Source of the DNA: an uncultured Gemmatimonadaceae bacterium
GTDB taxonomy: Bacteria; Gemmatimonadota; Gemmatimonadetes; Gemmatimonadales; Gemmatimonadaceae
NCBI GenBank assembly: GCA_963740355.1
Contig: CAVUDW010000002.1
Location: 2,272,001 to 2,336,000 of the forward strand
DNA: 64,000 nt
Direction: 5' to 3'
Position 1 is the first letter of the stretch; every line of letters begins with the position of its first letter. The notes below the pieces were generated by a model. That model worked only from the letters and a program-made list of their open reading frames with translations. It was not told the DNA's origin and searched no databases. Of this stretch, positions 1-9,728 are shown piece after piece. The translations under genes and the position numbers were made by a program.

Positions 1-995
1 GCACCGATGCTGCTGCCGGTCGTGAGTCGCGTCAGGATGCCGGTCTTCGCGTGATCGCCGATCAGCGAACCGAGGAACTGCAGCCCGGTCTCCTCACCGG
101 CGAACGACACGGGCCCATAGGTGTTCTTCAGGTTCGACGTGACGGTGCCGGCACCGAGGTTCGTCCAGCGCCCAAGGTAGCTGTGGCCGAGAAAGCCATC
201 GTGCCCCTTGTTCGCGTGACCACAGAGGATGCTCGTCGAGACCTCACCGCTCACCTTGCAGTTGTCGCCGATCGACACCGTATGGCCGCTGCCCGCCATC
301 CATTGCGAATGCGGGCCGAGCACGAATGGGCCAGTTATTCGTGAAAAGCTACGAATTACGGAATATTCCTCGAGTACGATCGCGCCTTGTGTGGCATCGA
401 GCACCACGAAGGGCTCGATCACTGCATTCTCGGCAATTCGCACCGGGTAGTCACCCAGCACACGCACGTCAGCCGGTACTGCGCGCGGCGGCATCGCGGC
501 ACGTGCGATCAGCAGCGCGTCGGCCGCCAGCATCGCCGGCAGGTGGCCGATCAGGTCCCACACACGATCGAGGCGCCACCCGTCCAGCGGCGCCGATCGT
601 TCGCCGGGAATGATGCCCGACTGGCGGATGTCACGCACGCTGGTGCGCCGCGCCAGCGCCGCCGCGACCACCACTCCGTTGTGTGTCCAGGTGTCGTTGC
701 CATTCACGACCACCGGCTGCAGCGCCGGCGCAAACTGGCTCGACGCGATGATGGTGCCGGGATCGAGCATGTCGTCGTCGCGCAGGACGGGCGCGGAGCC
801 TGGCTCTTCAAAGCCGCTCAACCGCGCTGCGGCGATCACGCCGGTCACCGCCGTGCCGAGCGCCGCACTCCAGCGTTCACGAATCAGGCGGGCACCCGCA
901 CGCACTTCAGCCAGCGGGCGTGCCGTCGTCACCGGCGACAGCACATCCGCGGTCGGCGCGCCACGCGGATGGTCGAGCATGACGAACGCTGTCAC
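1..995 (-). CDS. GlmU-related putative sugar nucleotidyltransferase / hexapeptide-repeat protein (runs off left edge; not in ORF track)
   Basis: Manual translation from GTG at 995, overlapping the manC TGA: MTAFVMLDHP...NKGHDGFLGHSYLGRWTNLGAGTVTSNLKNTYG...TGLQFLGSLIGDHAKTGI; left-handed beta-helix motifs. Confidence 0.8.
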   Translation of the reverse strand, partial: MTAFVMLDHPRGAPTADVLSPVTTARPLAEVRAGARLIRERWSAALGTAVTGVIAAARLSGFEEPGSAPVLRDDDMLDPGTIIASSQFAPALQPVVVNGNDTWTHNGVVVAAALARRTSVRDIRQSGIIPGERSAPLDGWRLDRVWDLIGHLPAMLAADALLIARAAMPPRAVPADVRVLGDYPVRIAENAVIEPFVVLDATQGAIVLEEYSVIRSFSRITGPFVLGPHSQWMAGSGHTVSIGDNCKVSGEVSTSILCGHANKGHDGFLGHSYLGRWTNLGAGTVTSNLKNTYGPVSFAGEETGLQFLGSLIGDHAKTGILTRLTTGSSIG

Positions 996-2017
996 CCGCG
1001 ATCCTTCAGGCGGGACGGGAGGTTGTCGATCAGCGTCTTCAGGTCCGCGGCATGCTCCTGCGTCGTCACCACGGTCAAGCCATCGATCGCGACGACCACC
1101 AGGTCCGAGACGCCGTAGAGCACGACGCTCGGTCCATCGGCGTGGACCACGTTCCCCGAGGACATGACTGGGGTCACATCGCCGTGGAGTGCATTGCCCG
1201 CGGCGTCCCCCGGTCGGACGCGGCGCAATGCGGCCCAGGTCCCAACGTCGTCCCAGCCAAACGCGCCGGGTACCACGAACACGCGGTCACTCCGCTCCAG
1301 CACGCCGACGTCCACGCTGATCGACTGCACAGCGCCGAAAAAGCCCGCCAAGGTCTGTTCGCCGTTTGCCCGCGACACTTCGGGACAGTGCGCGTCAACC
1401 TCCTTTAGGAACCGCGACGCGCGCCAGACGAAGATGCCGGAGTTCCAGAGGCAGCCGGCGGCGATCAGTTCGCGTGCGCGGACACGGTCAGGCTTCTCGA
1501 GAAAACGGGAGACGCGAAAGGCGACCTGCCCCATGCGTTCGCCCGGCTCGATGTATCCGAAACCCGGATCCGGGCGCGTCGGTGTCACCCCCACCGTCAC
1601 CAGCGCATCGTTGGCTTCAGCGACGTTCGCTGCGCGCAGCAGGGCGTTGCGGAATCCATCGGGATCGCCAATCGCCCAATCGGCATGCACCGAAAGCATG
1701 ATCGCATCGGGGTCACGCGCGAGGATGGTGCGCGCCGCCCACGCCAGCGCGGCCGCCGTCCCTGCCGGTCGCGGCTCGCAAATCACATTCGCGGCCGGTA
1801 CCTCGGGCAGCATCGCCGTGATCGCGGGCTGCAGCGTGGCGTTGGTCAGGATCAGCATCCGATCGCCCGGTACCAACGGCAGCAGGCGATCGACGGCATC
1901 GCGAAGCATCGGCTGGCCGGTGACCAGGGGCAGCAGCTGCTTTGGGAGAGCGGGAGTGCTGATGGGCCAGAAACGAGACCCGACTCCACCGGCAAGAATG
2001 ACGGTCCAGAGCGACAT
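992..2017 (-). CDS. manC: Mannose-1-phosphate guanylyltransferase
   Basis: VILAGGVGSRFWP..PKQLL, EPRPAGTAAA, GFGYIE, FLEKPD, WNSGIF, WDDVGTW motifs. Confidence 0.93.
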   Translation of the reverse strand: MSLWTVILAGGVGSRFWPISTPALPKQLLPLVTGQPMLRDAVDRLLPLVPGDRMLILTNATLQPAITAMLPEVPAANVICEPRPAGTAAALAWAARTILARDPDAIMLSVHADWAIGDPDGFRNALLRAANVAEANDALVTVGVTPTRPDPGFGYIEPGERMGQVAFRVSRFLEKPDRVRARELIAAGCLWNSGIFVWRASRFLKEVDAHCPEVSRANGEQTLAGFFGAVQSISVDVGVLERSDRVFVVPGAFGWDDVGTWAALRRVRPGDAAGNALHGDVTPVMSSGNVVHADGPSVVLYGVSDLVVVAIDGLTVVTTQEHAADLKTLIDNLPSRLKDRG

Positions 2018-2160
2018 AAGTTGAGTTAGGGAGACAGTTTCCGCAGAGACGCTCCCCGTGGTCCCGAGGTATCAACGCCCGCCAGCGTGTCGCCGCAGGG
2101 CAGCGGGCGCGGACGCATCGAGCCCGGACGCATCAGGACCGACGGTCAGCCAAGCGAGGG

Positions 2161-2514
2161 TCAGGCAAGCGACGCGATGTGCTGGCGCAGGCGCCGGAGT
2201 TCGCCCAGCAGCGGCGGCAGGGCCGACGTCGGCCGCGCCAGGACCACCAGCAGGGCATCCTCGCTCATCGCCGAGATGATGGCGATGGTGCCGGGAAATT
2301 CCAGCACCGCCGTCTGGAGCTGGCCAGCGCGGGCCGCCTTGCCGAGCGCGTCGGCCGCCGAAAACACGGCCGGCGAATGGGCCGCCACCTGTTCGCCATC
2401 CAGATACGAGACGGCGTCACCATCGACCAGCAGGCCGTCGCGACCAAGGACGATCGCAGCTTCGACGCCGTCGCGCCGACGCACGGCGTCGACCAGATCA
2501 CGGATACTTGCCAT
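2161..2514 (-). CDS. Roadblock/LC7 domain protein (MglB/MglC-like)
   Basis: GVEAAIVLGRDGLLV and C-terminal LLVVLA..LPPLLGELRR pattern; ATG at 2514 preferred over the 2547 track start. Confidence 0.8.
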   Translation of the reverse strand: MASIRDLVDAVRRRDGVEAAIVLGRDGLLVDGDAVSYLDGEQVAAHSPAVFSAADALGKAARAGQLQTAVLEFPGTIAIISAMSEDALLVVLARPTSALPPLLGELRRLRQHIASLA

Positions 2515-2566
2515 GGGGGCGGTGTAGAGAGGGGTGAATTGGCCCAACTATCGGTGCCACAATCGC

Positions 2567-2595
2567 TTGAAGAGCTTCGCTCGGTCCGGTATTCT
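2567..2595 (+). promoter_or_regulatory. Putative sigma70 promoter for lipoprotein-serS operon
   Basis: TTGAAG-17 nt-TATTCT. Confidence 0.55.
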
Positions 2596-2636
2596 ACCCT
2601 TCGCACTCTACCGTGTCACCCCGCATCCACTGCTGC

Positions 2637-3233
2637 ATGCCCCGTGTCTTCCGCGCGACGTCATTCCTGGCGCTGACCCTCTGCGCCTTCGTCGCCGCTG
2701 CCTGCGGAGACCCGTTCGCCGTCAAGGCGCCGTACCAGACGGTCACCGACAGCTTCTCCATCAGCGCGCTCACGAGGACGCCAGTGTCGTCCCGAGCCCT
2801 CTGGCGCATGGCCAGCTTCGTCCGCTATCGCCTCGACTCGATCGGCACGCAGTTCGACCTCGGCTTCGACATCAATGCCGCCGGCAACATCGTGGTGTAC
2901 CCGGCGCGAACCATTGCCGTCCCGCCGCCAGGCACGATCGTCTTCCCGCCGCTCGTCGCACTCCAGAGCAGCGCCACGGCCTACGCCAGTGCCGATCGGG
3001 CGCCCGAAACGGGCTGGATCGTCGATACGGCCATCGTCGTGACGAAGGGCCAGACGGTGTTCGTCCGCAGCAATTCCGACTTCTGCGCCACGCAGTCCAC
3101 CGGCGGTACGCTGCTCTACGCGAAGTTCGTCGTCGACAGCATCAATCTCGTGAGTCGCGAACTGTTCGTGCGCACGACCCTTCAGCCCAGCTGCAACTTC
3201 CGGTCGTTTGCGACTGGAATTCCAACTTTCTGA
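2637..3233 (+). CDS. Hypothetical lipoprotein (possible HmuY-like fold)
   Basis: Signal peptide with lipobox VAAAC; beta-rich; C-terminal VFVRS..YAKFVVDS. Confidence 0.65.
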   Translation: MPRVFRATSFLALTLCAFVAAACGDPFAVKAPYQTVTDSFSISALTRTPVSSRALWRMASFVRYRLDSIGTQFDLGFDINAAGNIVVYPARTIAVPPPGTIVFPPLVALQSSATAYASADRAPETGWIVDTAIVVTKGQTVFVRSNSDFCATQSTGGTLLYAKFVVDSINLVSRELFVRTTLQPSCNFRSFATGIPTF

Positions 3234-3236
3234 GCA

Positions 3237-4511
3237 ATGCATGATCTCCGGCTCGTTCGCGAGCAGATGCACCTGTTGCGTGAGGGTTTTGCCCGCCGAG
3301 GCAAGCTCGACGCGCTGGGCCCGATTCTCGATCGCCTCGAATTGTTGGAGAAGGAACGACGCGCGCTGATCGTGGCGACCGAGGAACGGAAGCAGCGCCG
3401 CAACCTGCTCACGCAGGAAGTCGCGCAGAAGAAGCGCGCAGGTGAGGATGCCGCCGAGCTGGTGGCCGACAGTCGCAACATCGGTTCGGAGATCGCACGC
3501 CTCGAGGCCGACCTGTCTGCCACGGAGCTCACGATGGACGGACTCATGCTCGAGCTGCCCAACATCACGCGCGACGAGGTGCCGGCCGGCGACGAGTCGT
3601 TCAACAAGGTGGTGCGGAGCTGGGGCACGGCGCGTGTCGATGACAGCGTCCGCCCGCACTGGGATGTCGCCGCCGATCTGGGCATCCTCGACCTCGCACG
3701 TGGTGCCAAGATCAGCGGCTCGGGCTTCATCGTGTACCGCGGGCTCGGTGCGCGGCTCGTGCGTTCGCTCATCAACCTCATGCTCGACACGCATACCGCG
3801 GAGCACGGGTACGAGGAAACATGGGTCCCACTCGTCGCCAATCGTGCGTCGATGACGGGCACAGGCCAGCTGCCGAAGTTCGAGGACGACATGTACGCGC
3901 TGCACGGCGAGGATGCGTTCCTCATTCCGACCGCCGAAGTGCCGGTCACGAATCTTTACCGTGATGAAATCCTCGACGCCGGTGACTTGCCCAAGGCCCT
4001 CACGGCATACAGTGCCTGCTTCCGCAAGGAAGCGGGTGCGGCTGGGAAGGATACGCGCGGCCTGCTGCGTGTCCACGAATTCGACAAGGTCGAACTCGTG
4101 CGCTATGCAACACCCGAGGATTCGCTGGCAGAGCTGGATCGCCTGACGGGGCACGCAGAAGCGATCCTGCAGAAGCTCGGGCTACCGTACCGTGTGCTGC
4201 TGCTTGCCGCAGGCGACACGGGCTTTGCCAGCAGCCAGACCTACGATCTCGAAGTGTGGGCGCCTGGCGTCGGCAAATGGCTCGAAGTATCGAGTTGCTC
4301 GAATTTCGGCGATTTCCAGGCCCGCCGAATGAACATCCGGTATCGCCCTGCCGCCGGCGAAAAGCCACGGTTCGTCCACACGCTCAATGGCTCCGGCCTG
4401 GCGTTGCCGCGAATCATTGCGGCACTTCTCGAACACGGTCAGCAGGCCGACGGCAGCATCGCCATCCCGGCGGCACTGCAGCCGTATCTGGGCACCGCCC
4501 GGCTGGGCTGA
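3237..4511 (+). CDS. serS: Serine--tRNA ligase
   Basis: LIPTAEVP, CFRKEAG, RGLLRVHEFDKVE, EVSSCSNF, HTLNGSGLA. Confidence 0.97.
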   Translation: MHDLRLVREQMHLLREGFARRGKLDALGPILDRLELLEKERRALIVATEERKQRRNLLTQEVAQKKRAGEDAAELVADSRNIGSEIARLEADLSATELTMDGLMLELPNITRDEVPAGDESFNKVVRSWGTARVDDSVRPHWDVAADLGILDLARGAKISGSGFIVYRGLGARLVRSLINLMLDTHTAEHGYEETWVPLVANRASMTGTGQLPKFEDDMYALHGEDAFLIPTAEVPVTNLYRDEILDAGDLPKALTAYSACFRKEAGAAGKDTRGLLRVHEFDKVELVRYATPEDSLAELDRLTGHAEAILQKLGLPYRVLLLAAGDTGFASSQTYDLEVWAPGVGKWLEVSSCSNFGDFQARRMNIRYRPAAGEKPRFVHTLNGSGLALPRIIAALLEHGQQADGSIAIPAALQPYLGTARLG

Positions 4512-5671
4512 TGGGCGCACGGCGCATCGCGCCCGTGCTCTTCCTGGCGAGCGGCGTGGTGGCGCTGCTCGTCTGGTGGCTCGTCTACACGCAGAAGGTG
4601 GTGACCGACCTGCGCCGTGAGGCGGCACGGTCAAGCCAGATGTACGCGCGCGTCTATCAGGCGCTCAGTCAGGAAGGAGACGACGGCACCGCGGCGTTGC
4701 TCGACCTGTCCCGCTACATCGGGCAGGCCGGCGTGCCGATCGTGGTTACCAACGCGTCCGGCACCCCGACCGCCACCGTCAACCTGCCATTTGAAGTCGG
4801 CTCGCAGGCAGACACACCGCGCGTGCGCGAATACGTGAAGGTGCTCGACCAGGCGAATGTGCCGATCAGCCAGCCGGGGGTCGGCAACGTGCACTACGGT
4901 GATACGCCGCTGGTGGAAGGCCTGCGCGTGGTGCCGATCATCACCGTGGTCACCCTTGGGTTGTTCCTGCTCGCCGGCACCTACGCGATCGTGACCCGCG
5001 GGCGTGCCGAGCGCGAACGGGTGTTCGCCGGCATGGCGCGTGAAGCGGCGCATCAGCTGGGCACGCCACTCACGGCGCTGGCGGGATGGGTTGAACTGCT
5101 CGCGGAACGTGAAGGCGAGGGTGATAGCACGGCGCAGACCGCGGTCGGACACATGCGGGGAGACCTCGATCGCCTCGAACGCGTGGCGCACCGCTTCGAG
5201 CGCATCGGACGGCCCTCGCAACGCGATGCGGTGGACGTTCGTGAGATCGTTTTTCGCGTCGCGGCCTACTTCCGTGCGCGGGTGCCGACGCTCGCGCACA
5301 AGGTGTCCATCACGGCCATCCTTCCCGACGAGCCGCTCAGTGTCGAGGGTGATGCGGTGCTGCTCGAGTGGGCGCTCGAGTCGCTGGTCCGCAACAGCAT
5401 CGACGCGCTCGCCGGCCGTGGCGGCACCGTCGACCTGCGCGTCGATCCGCTGCCCGAAGGTGGCGCGCGCGTGATCGTCGCCGACGACGGCCCCGGTGTG
5501 CCGCGCGAGCTGCGAAACGAGATCTTCAAGGCCGGATTCACCACCAAGCCACGCGGGTGGGGCATCGGCCTCGCGCTCACGCGTCGCATCATCACCGACA
5601 ATCACGGTGGCCGCCTCACCCTGCTCCCCACGGATCGGGGCGCGGCCTTCGAGATTATGTTGGAGAGATGA
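4511..5671 (+). CDS. Membrane-bound sensor histidine kinase
   Basis: Two TM helices, H-box EAAHQLGTPL, N-box RNSIDA, DDGPG, FTTKPRGWGIGL; ATG overlaps serS stop. Confidence 0.9.
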   Translation: MGARRIAPVLFLASGVVALLVWWLVYTQKVVTDLRREAARSSQMYARVYQALSQEGDDGTAALLDLSRYIGQAGVPIVVTNASGTPTATVNLPFEVGSQADTPRVREYVKVLDQANVPISQPGVGNVHYGDTPLVEGLRVVPIITVVTLGLFLLAGTYAIVTRGRAERERVFAGMAREAAHQLGTPLTALAGWVELLAEREGEGDSTAQTAVGHMRGDLDRLERVAHRFERIGRPSQRDAVDVREIVFRVAAYFRARVPTLAHKVSITAILPDEPLSVEGDAVLLEWALESLVRNSIDALAGRGGTVDLRVDPLPEGGARVIVADDGPGVPRELRNEIFKAGFTTKPRGWGIGLALTRRIITDNHGGRLTLLPTDRGAAFEIMLER

Positions 5672-7992
5672 CGGAGACTCCAGTTTCACCGCTCGCCGGG
5701 CTGAACCGCGCACAGTACGACGCAGTCATGCACACCCACGGCCCGCTGCTGGTGTTGGCGGGTGCCGGGTCGGGCAAGACGCGTGTCCTGACCACCCGAA
5801 TTGCACGCCTGATCGAAGCCGAGAACGTTCCGCCGCACCGGATCCTTGCGGTCACGTTCACCAACAAGGCGGCCGGCGAGATGCGCGATCGCATCGGGCG
5901 CCTGATCGGTGGGACGCCGCAGGGCATGTGGGTCGGCACCTTTCACGCCATTGGCGCGCGCTTGCTGCGGCGCGATGCGGAGCGTGTCGGTCGCACGTCA
6001 CAGTTCACGATCTACGACGAGGACGATGCTCTCGGCGTGATCAAGCGCCTGATGGAAGGCCAGCGGATCTCGCCAAAGGAGTGGGCACCGAAAGCCGTGC
6101 TGGGCCAGATCTCCGACGCCAAGAATGCCCTCGTGACGCCGGTGGAGTACGCACGGCTGGCGAAGGATCCGTTGTCGCAGGTCGTGGCCAAGATCTACCC
6201 GTTGTACGACGACACGTTGCGCGCGCAAAACGCCGTCGGCTTCGACGACCTGCTCACGCTGCCAGTGCAGCTGCTGCAGCAGAATCAGGACATCCTCGAC
6301 GGATACCGTCAGCGATTCTCGTTCATTCTCGTGGACGAGTATCAGGACACGAACAAGGCGCAGTACCAGCTGGTGTCGTTGCTGGCGGGCAGTGCCGGAA
6401 ACGTGATGGTCGTCGGTGACGACGACCAGTCGATCTACGGCTGGCGTGGCGCCGACATTCGAAACATCCTCGACTTCGAGCGCGAGTTTCCGTCGGCCAC
6501 CGTCGTGCGGCTGGAGGAGAATTATCGCTCGACGCCGGAAATCCTTGCGCTAGCCAATGCTGCCATCTCGCCCAACAAGGAACGGCGTGGCAAGACCTTG
6601 CGTGCGACACGGGCCGCTGGCGTGTTGCCGCGTCGCGTGCGCGCGCTCGACGAGCGCGACGAAGCGGAGTATGTCGCCGATGACATCGCGGATCGCCGCA
6701 GCCGGCGCACTGTCGACCTGAAGCAGGTCGCGATCCTCTATCGCACCAACGCGCAGAGTCGCGCGTTCGAGGATGCGATGCGGAAGCGCGGCTGGCCCTA
6801 TCGACTGATCGGCGCCGTCCGCTTCTACGATCGACGCGAAATTCGCGACCTGATGTCTTACCTGAAGCTGATCGCGAACCCCGCCGACGATGAGGCCTTC
6901 CGGCGCGCCATCAGCGTGCCGCGCCGCGGCCTCGGCGACACCACGATCGAATTGCTGGCAGCGGGCGCATCGGCACGACGGATCTCGCTTCTCGAGGCTG
7001 CCGGCACACCGGAGATGACCACCGAACTGCGAGCCGCCGCGCGTGCGGCGATGGCGGAGTTCGCATCGGTGATTGGCGGACTGCGCGCGATGGCCACGGA
7101 ATCTGCCGTCAACGAGGTGCTCGAAGCACTGATCGCGCGGATCGGCTACATCGACTTGCTGCGCGCGGAAGGGCAGGAAGGGCTTGATCGGATCGAGAAC
7201 GTGCGCGAACTCGTGAGTGGCGCGGCGGAAGCGCTGGCCGACGACGATGGTGAAGTTGGCCTCACCCCACTCGATCGCTTCCTGCAGAAGGCGATGCTGG
7301 TGGCGGGTGCTGATGCACTTGATCCGACAGCCGATGCCGTCACGATGATGACGTTGCACAACGCCAAGGGCCTCGAATATCCGGTCGTCTACCTCACGGG
7401 ACTGGAGGATGGACTCTTCCCACTCGCGCGTGCCTACGACGATCCCTCGATGCTCGAGGAAGAGCGCCGCCTCTTCTATGTGGGCATCACACGCGCTGAG
7501 TCGGTCCTGATCCTGTCGCACGCCGAAACGCGTCGCCGCAATGGTGAGACGATGATGGGCAGGCCGTCGAGCTTCCTCGAGGGCCTGCCGCAGGAACTGC
7601 TCGACGTCGCCACCACGCCGCGGGCGCGCAGTCAGGGGCGGAGCAGTTATGGTGTCGGTGGCGACGACGGGAACGCCTGGGGCCGCAGTGGCTCGACGCA
7701 GGGCCGGTGGGCGCCTCGGCCATCGACGCCCGCACCGATCAGTGACTCGGCATTCGGCGGCATCACGCGTAGTTACTCAGCCAAGCCGACGGCGTTCGAC
7801 GACAGCGCGGCGGAGGCAGTGCAGGTGCTTCCCGGAGCGCGCGTGCGGCATCGGAAATTTGGAGTTGGCACGGTGGCGGAAGTCACCGGTGCCGGACGTG
7901 ACATGAAGGTGCGCATCGATTTCGACGATGAGGAAATCGGGCGCAAGACGTTGGTGGTCGCACAGGCGAATCTCGAACCGGAGCACGAGTAG
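5668..7992 (+). CDS. pcrA: ATP-dependent DNA helicase PcrA/UvrD
   Basis: LAGAGSGKT, DEYQDTN, VGDDDQSIY, LEENYRS, EERRLFYVGITRA; C-terminal Tudor-like RVRHRKFGVG. Confidence 0.95.
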   Translation: MTETPVSPLAGLNRAQYDAVMHTHGPLLVLAGAGSGKTRVLTTRIARLIEAENVPPHRILAVTFTNKAAGEMRDRIGRLIGGTPQGMWVGTFHAIGARLLRRDAERVGRTSQFTIYDEDDALGVIKRLMEGQRISPKEWAPKAVLGQISDAKNALVTPVEYARLAKDPLSQVVAKIYPLYDDTLRAQNAVGFDDLLTLPVQLLQQNQDILDGYRQRFSFILVDEYQDTNKAQYQLVSLLAGSAGNVMVVGDDDQSIYGWRGADIRNILDFEREFPSATVVRLEENYRSTPEILALANAAISPNKERRGKTLRATRAAGVLPRRVRALDERDEAEYVADDIADRRSRRTVDLKQVAILYRTNAQSRAFEDAMRKRGWPYRLIGAVRFYDRREIRDLMSYLKLIANPADDEAFRRAISVPRRGLGDTTIELLAAGASARRISLLEAAGTPEMTTELRAAARAAMAEFASVIGGLRAMATESAVNEVLEALIARIGYIDLLRAEGQEGLDRIENVRELVSGAAEALADDDGEVGLTPLDRFLQKAMLVAGADALDPTADAVTMMTLHNAKGLEYPVVYLTGLEDGLFPLARAYDDPSMLEEERRLFYVGITRAESVLILSHAETRRRNGETMMGRPSSFLEGLPQELLDVATTPRARSQGRSSYGVGGDDGNAWGRSGSTQGRWAPRPSTPAPISDSAFGGITRSYSAKPTAFDDSAAEAVQVLPGARVRHRKFGVGTVAEVTGAGRDMKVRIDFDDEEIGRKTLVVAQANLEPEHE

Positions 7993-8304
7993 ATGGCCGT
8001 TTCAAACGCAGATGTCCTGCACGTTGCCGCGCTCGCGCGGCTGGCGATGCCCGATGAACGCGTGCCCGCGCTCGTCCGAGAACTGAACGGCATCCTCGAA
8101 CACATGGCCGTGCTCGAGTCGGTCGATGTGTCCACGGTCGGCGATGACGGGCGCGCGGCGATGCCTCGTCGCGATGATCGCGTGGCACCGATCGCGCTCG
8201 AACGTCCACTCTCGGAGTTCGCACCCATGCCGCGTGATGGCTTCCTGCTCGTGCCGCGGCTCAGCACACACAGCCAGCTCGGCGCATCCGAGGGCGACGA
8301 ATGA
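7993..8304 (+). CDS. gatC: Asp/Glu-tRNA amidotransferase subunit C
   Basis: [18 protein letters not shown]; directly upstream of gatA. Confidence 0.9.
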   Translation: MAVSNADVLHVAALARLAMPDERVPALVRELNGILEHMAVLESVDVSTVGDDGRAAMPRRDDRVAPIALERPLSEFAPMPRDGFLLVPRLSTHSQLGASEGDE

Positions 8305-9728
8305 CGCCTTCGGCACTGCTCGACCTGAGCGCCGCAGAAACGGCGCGTGCCGTGGCAGACGGCGCGTCGGGTGCTGATGTCGCCTCGGCAGCGCTCGCAC
8401 GAGCCAATGGCAATGCCAGCCTCAATGCCTTCGTCACCCTCGCCTCGGATGCTGACGTCCGGGCGGCCGCGGCCTCTGCGCCGGCGGGTGCGTTGCAGGG
8501 AGTACCAGTCGTGGTGAAGGACAACATTGCGACGACGACGCTCAGCACGAGCTGCGGCTCGAAGATTCTCGCAGGATGGGTCAGCCCGTACGAGGCGACC
8601 GCAGTTGCGAAGCTGCGCGCCGCGGGCGCCGTGGTGATCGGCAAGGCGAACATGGACGAGTTCGCGATGGGTTCGTCCACGGAGAATTCTGCCTTCGGTC
8701 CGACGCTCAATCCGCTCGATCATTCACGTGTGCCCGGCGGATCCAGCGGTGGATCGGCGGCCGCTGTGGCAGCGGGGATTTCGCGCATCTCGTACGGCTC
8801 CGAGACGGGTGGCTCGGTGCGCCAGCCCGCAGCGTTCTGCGGCATCGTTGGCGTCAAGCCGACCTACGGGCGTGTCAGTCGCTTCGGATTGGTGGCATTT
8901 GCGTCATCACTCGACCACATCGGCGTCTTTGGCCGCTCGGTGGATGACGCGGCACTCGGTCTGCAGGTCATCGCAGGACACGATCCGCGCGATGCAACCG
9001 CGGTCGATACCCCGGTCGACGACTATCGCGCCGAGGCAGCCAAGCCGCTGGCGGGCTTGGTCGTTGGTGTGCCGACGGAATATTTCCCCGTCACGCTCGA
9101 CGAACGCATTCGCGCTCGCTGCCATCGCGCGATCGGGATCTTGCGCGACCTCGGCGCCGAAATCCGCACCGTGTCACTGCCGCATACCGACCTTGCGATT
9201 CCGGTCTACTACATCCTCGCGCCGGCCGAAGCGTCGTCCAACCTGGCGCGCTTCGATGGGGTGCGATACGGCCCGCGTGCAGCATCCGATGACCTGCGCG
9301 GAATGTACGAGCGCACGCGCTCGGAGGGCTTCGGTCCCGAAGTGACACGGCGCATCATCCTCGGCACCTATGTGCTGTCGCAGGGGCATTACGATGCGTA
9401 TTACCGAAAGGCGATGCTCGTTCGCGAGAAGATCACCGAGGATTTCGCGAAGGTCTTCGCGAGCGGCGTGCACGTCCTGTTCACACCCACCGCACCGTCG
9501 CCTGCCTTCACCTTCGGCTCCAAGAGCGATCCCCTCGAGATGTACCTGAGCGACATCTTCACGGCGACGGCAAACCTGGCTGGTGTGCCAGCGATGTCAC
9601 AGCCGATCGGACTGGTGGACGGTATGCCGGTTGGCGGGCAACTCCTGGCTGCACATTTCCGCGAGGCAGACATGTTCCGCGCTGCTTACGCGCTCGAGAA
9701 GGCCCTTGGGTCGGAGGCGCTCGCATGA
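8301..9728 (+). CDS. gatA: Asp/Glu-tRNA amidotransferase subunit A
   Basis: Amidase signature [39 protein letters not shown]. Confidence 0.96.
   Translation: MTPSALLDLSAAETARAVADGASGADVASAALARANGNASLNAFVTLASDADVRAAAASAPAGALQGVPVVVKDNIATTTLSTSCGSKILAGWVSPYEATAVAKLRAAGAVVIGKANMDEFAMGSSTENSAFGPTLNPLDHSRVPGGSSGGSAAAVAAGISRISYGSETGGSVRQPAAFCGIVGVKPTYGRVSRFGLVAFASSLDHIGVFGRSVDDAALGLQVIAGHDPRDATAVDTPVDDYRAEAAKPLAGLVVGVPTEYFPVTLDERIRARCHRAIGILRDLGAEIRTVSLPHTDLAIPVYYILAPAEASSNLARFDGVRYGPRAASDDLRGMYERTRSEGFGPEVTRRIILGTYVLSQGHYDAYYRKAMLVREKITEDFAKVFASGVHVLFTPTAPSPAFTFGSKSDPLEMYLSDIFTATANLAGVPAMSQPIGLVDGMPVGGQLLAAHFREADMFRAAYALEKALGSEALA

Noticed and set aside
2111..2135. GGACGCATC direct repeat x2 between roadblock gene and manC
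   Set aside because: Two 9-mers in GC-rich DNA may be chance, and there is no further support.
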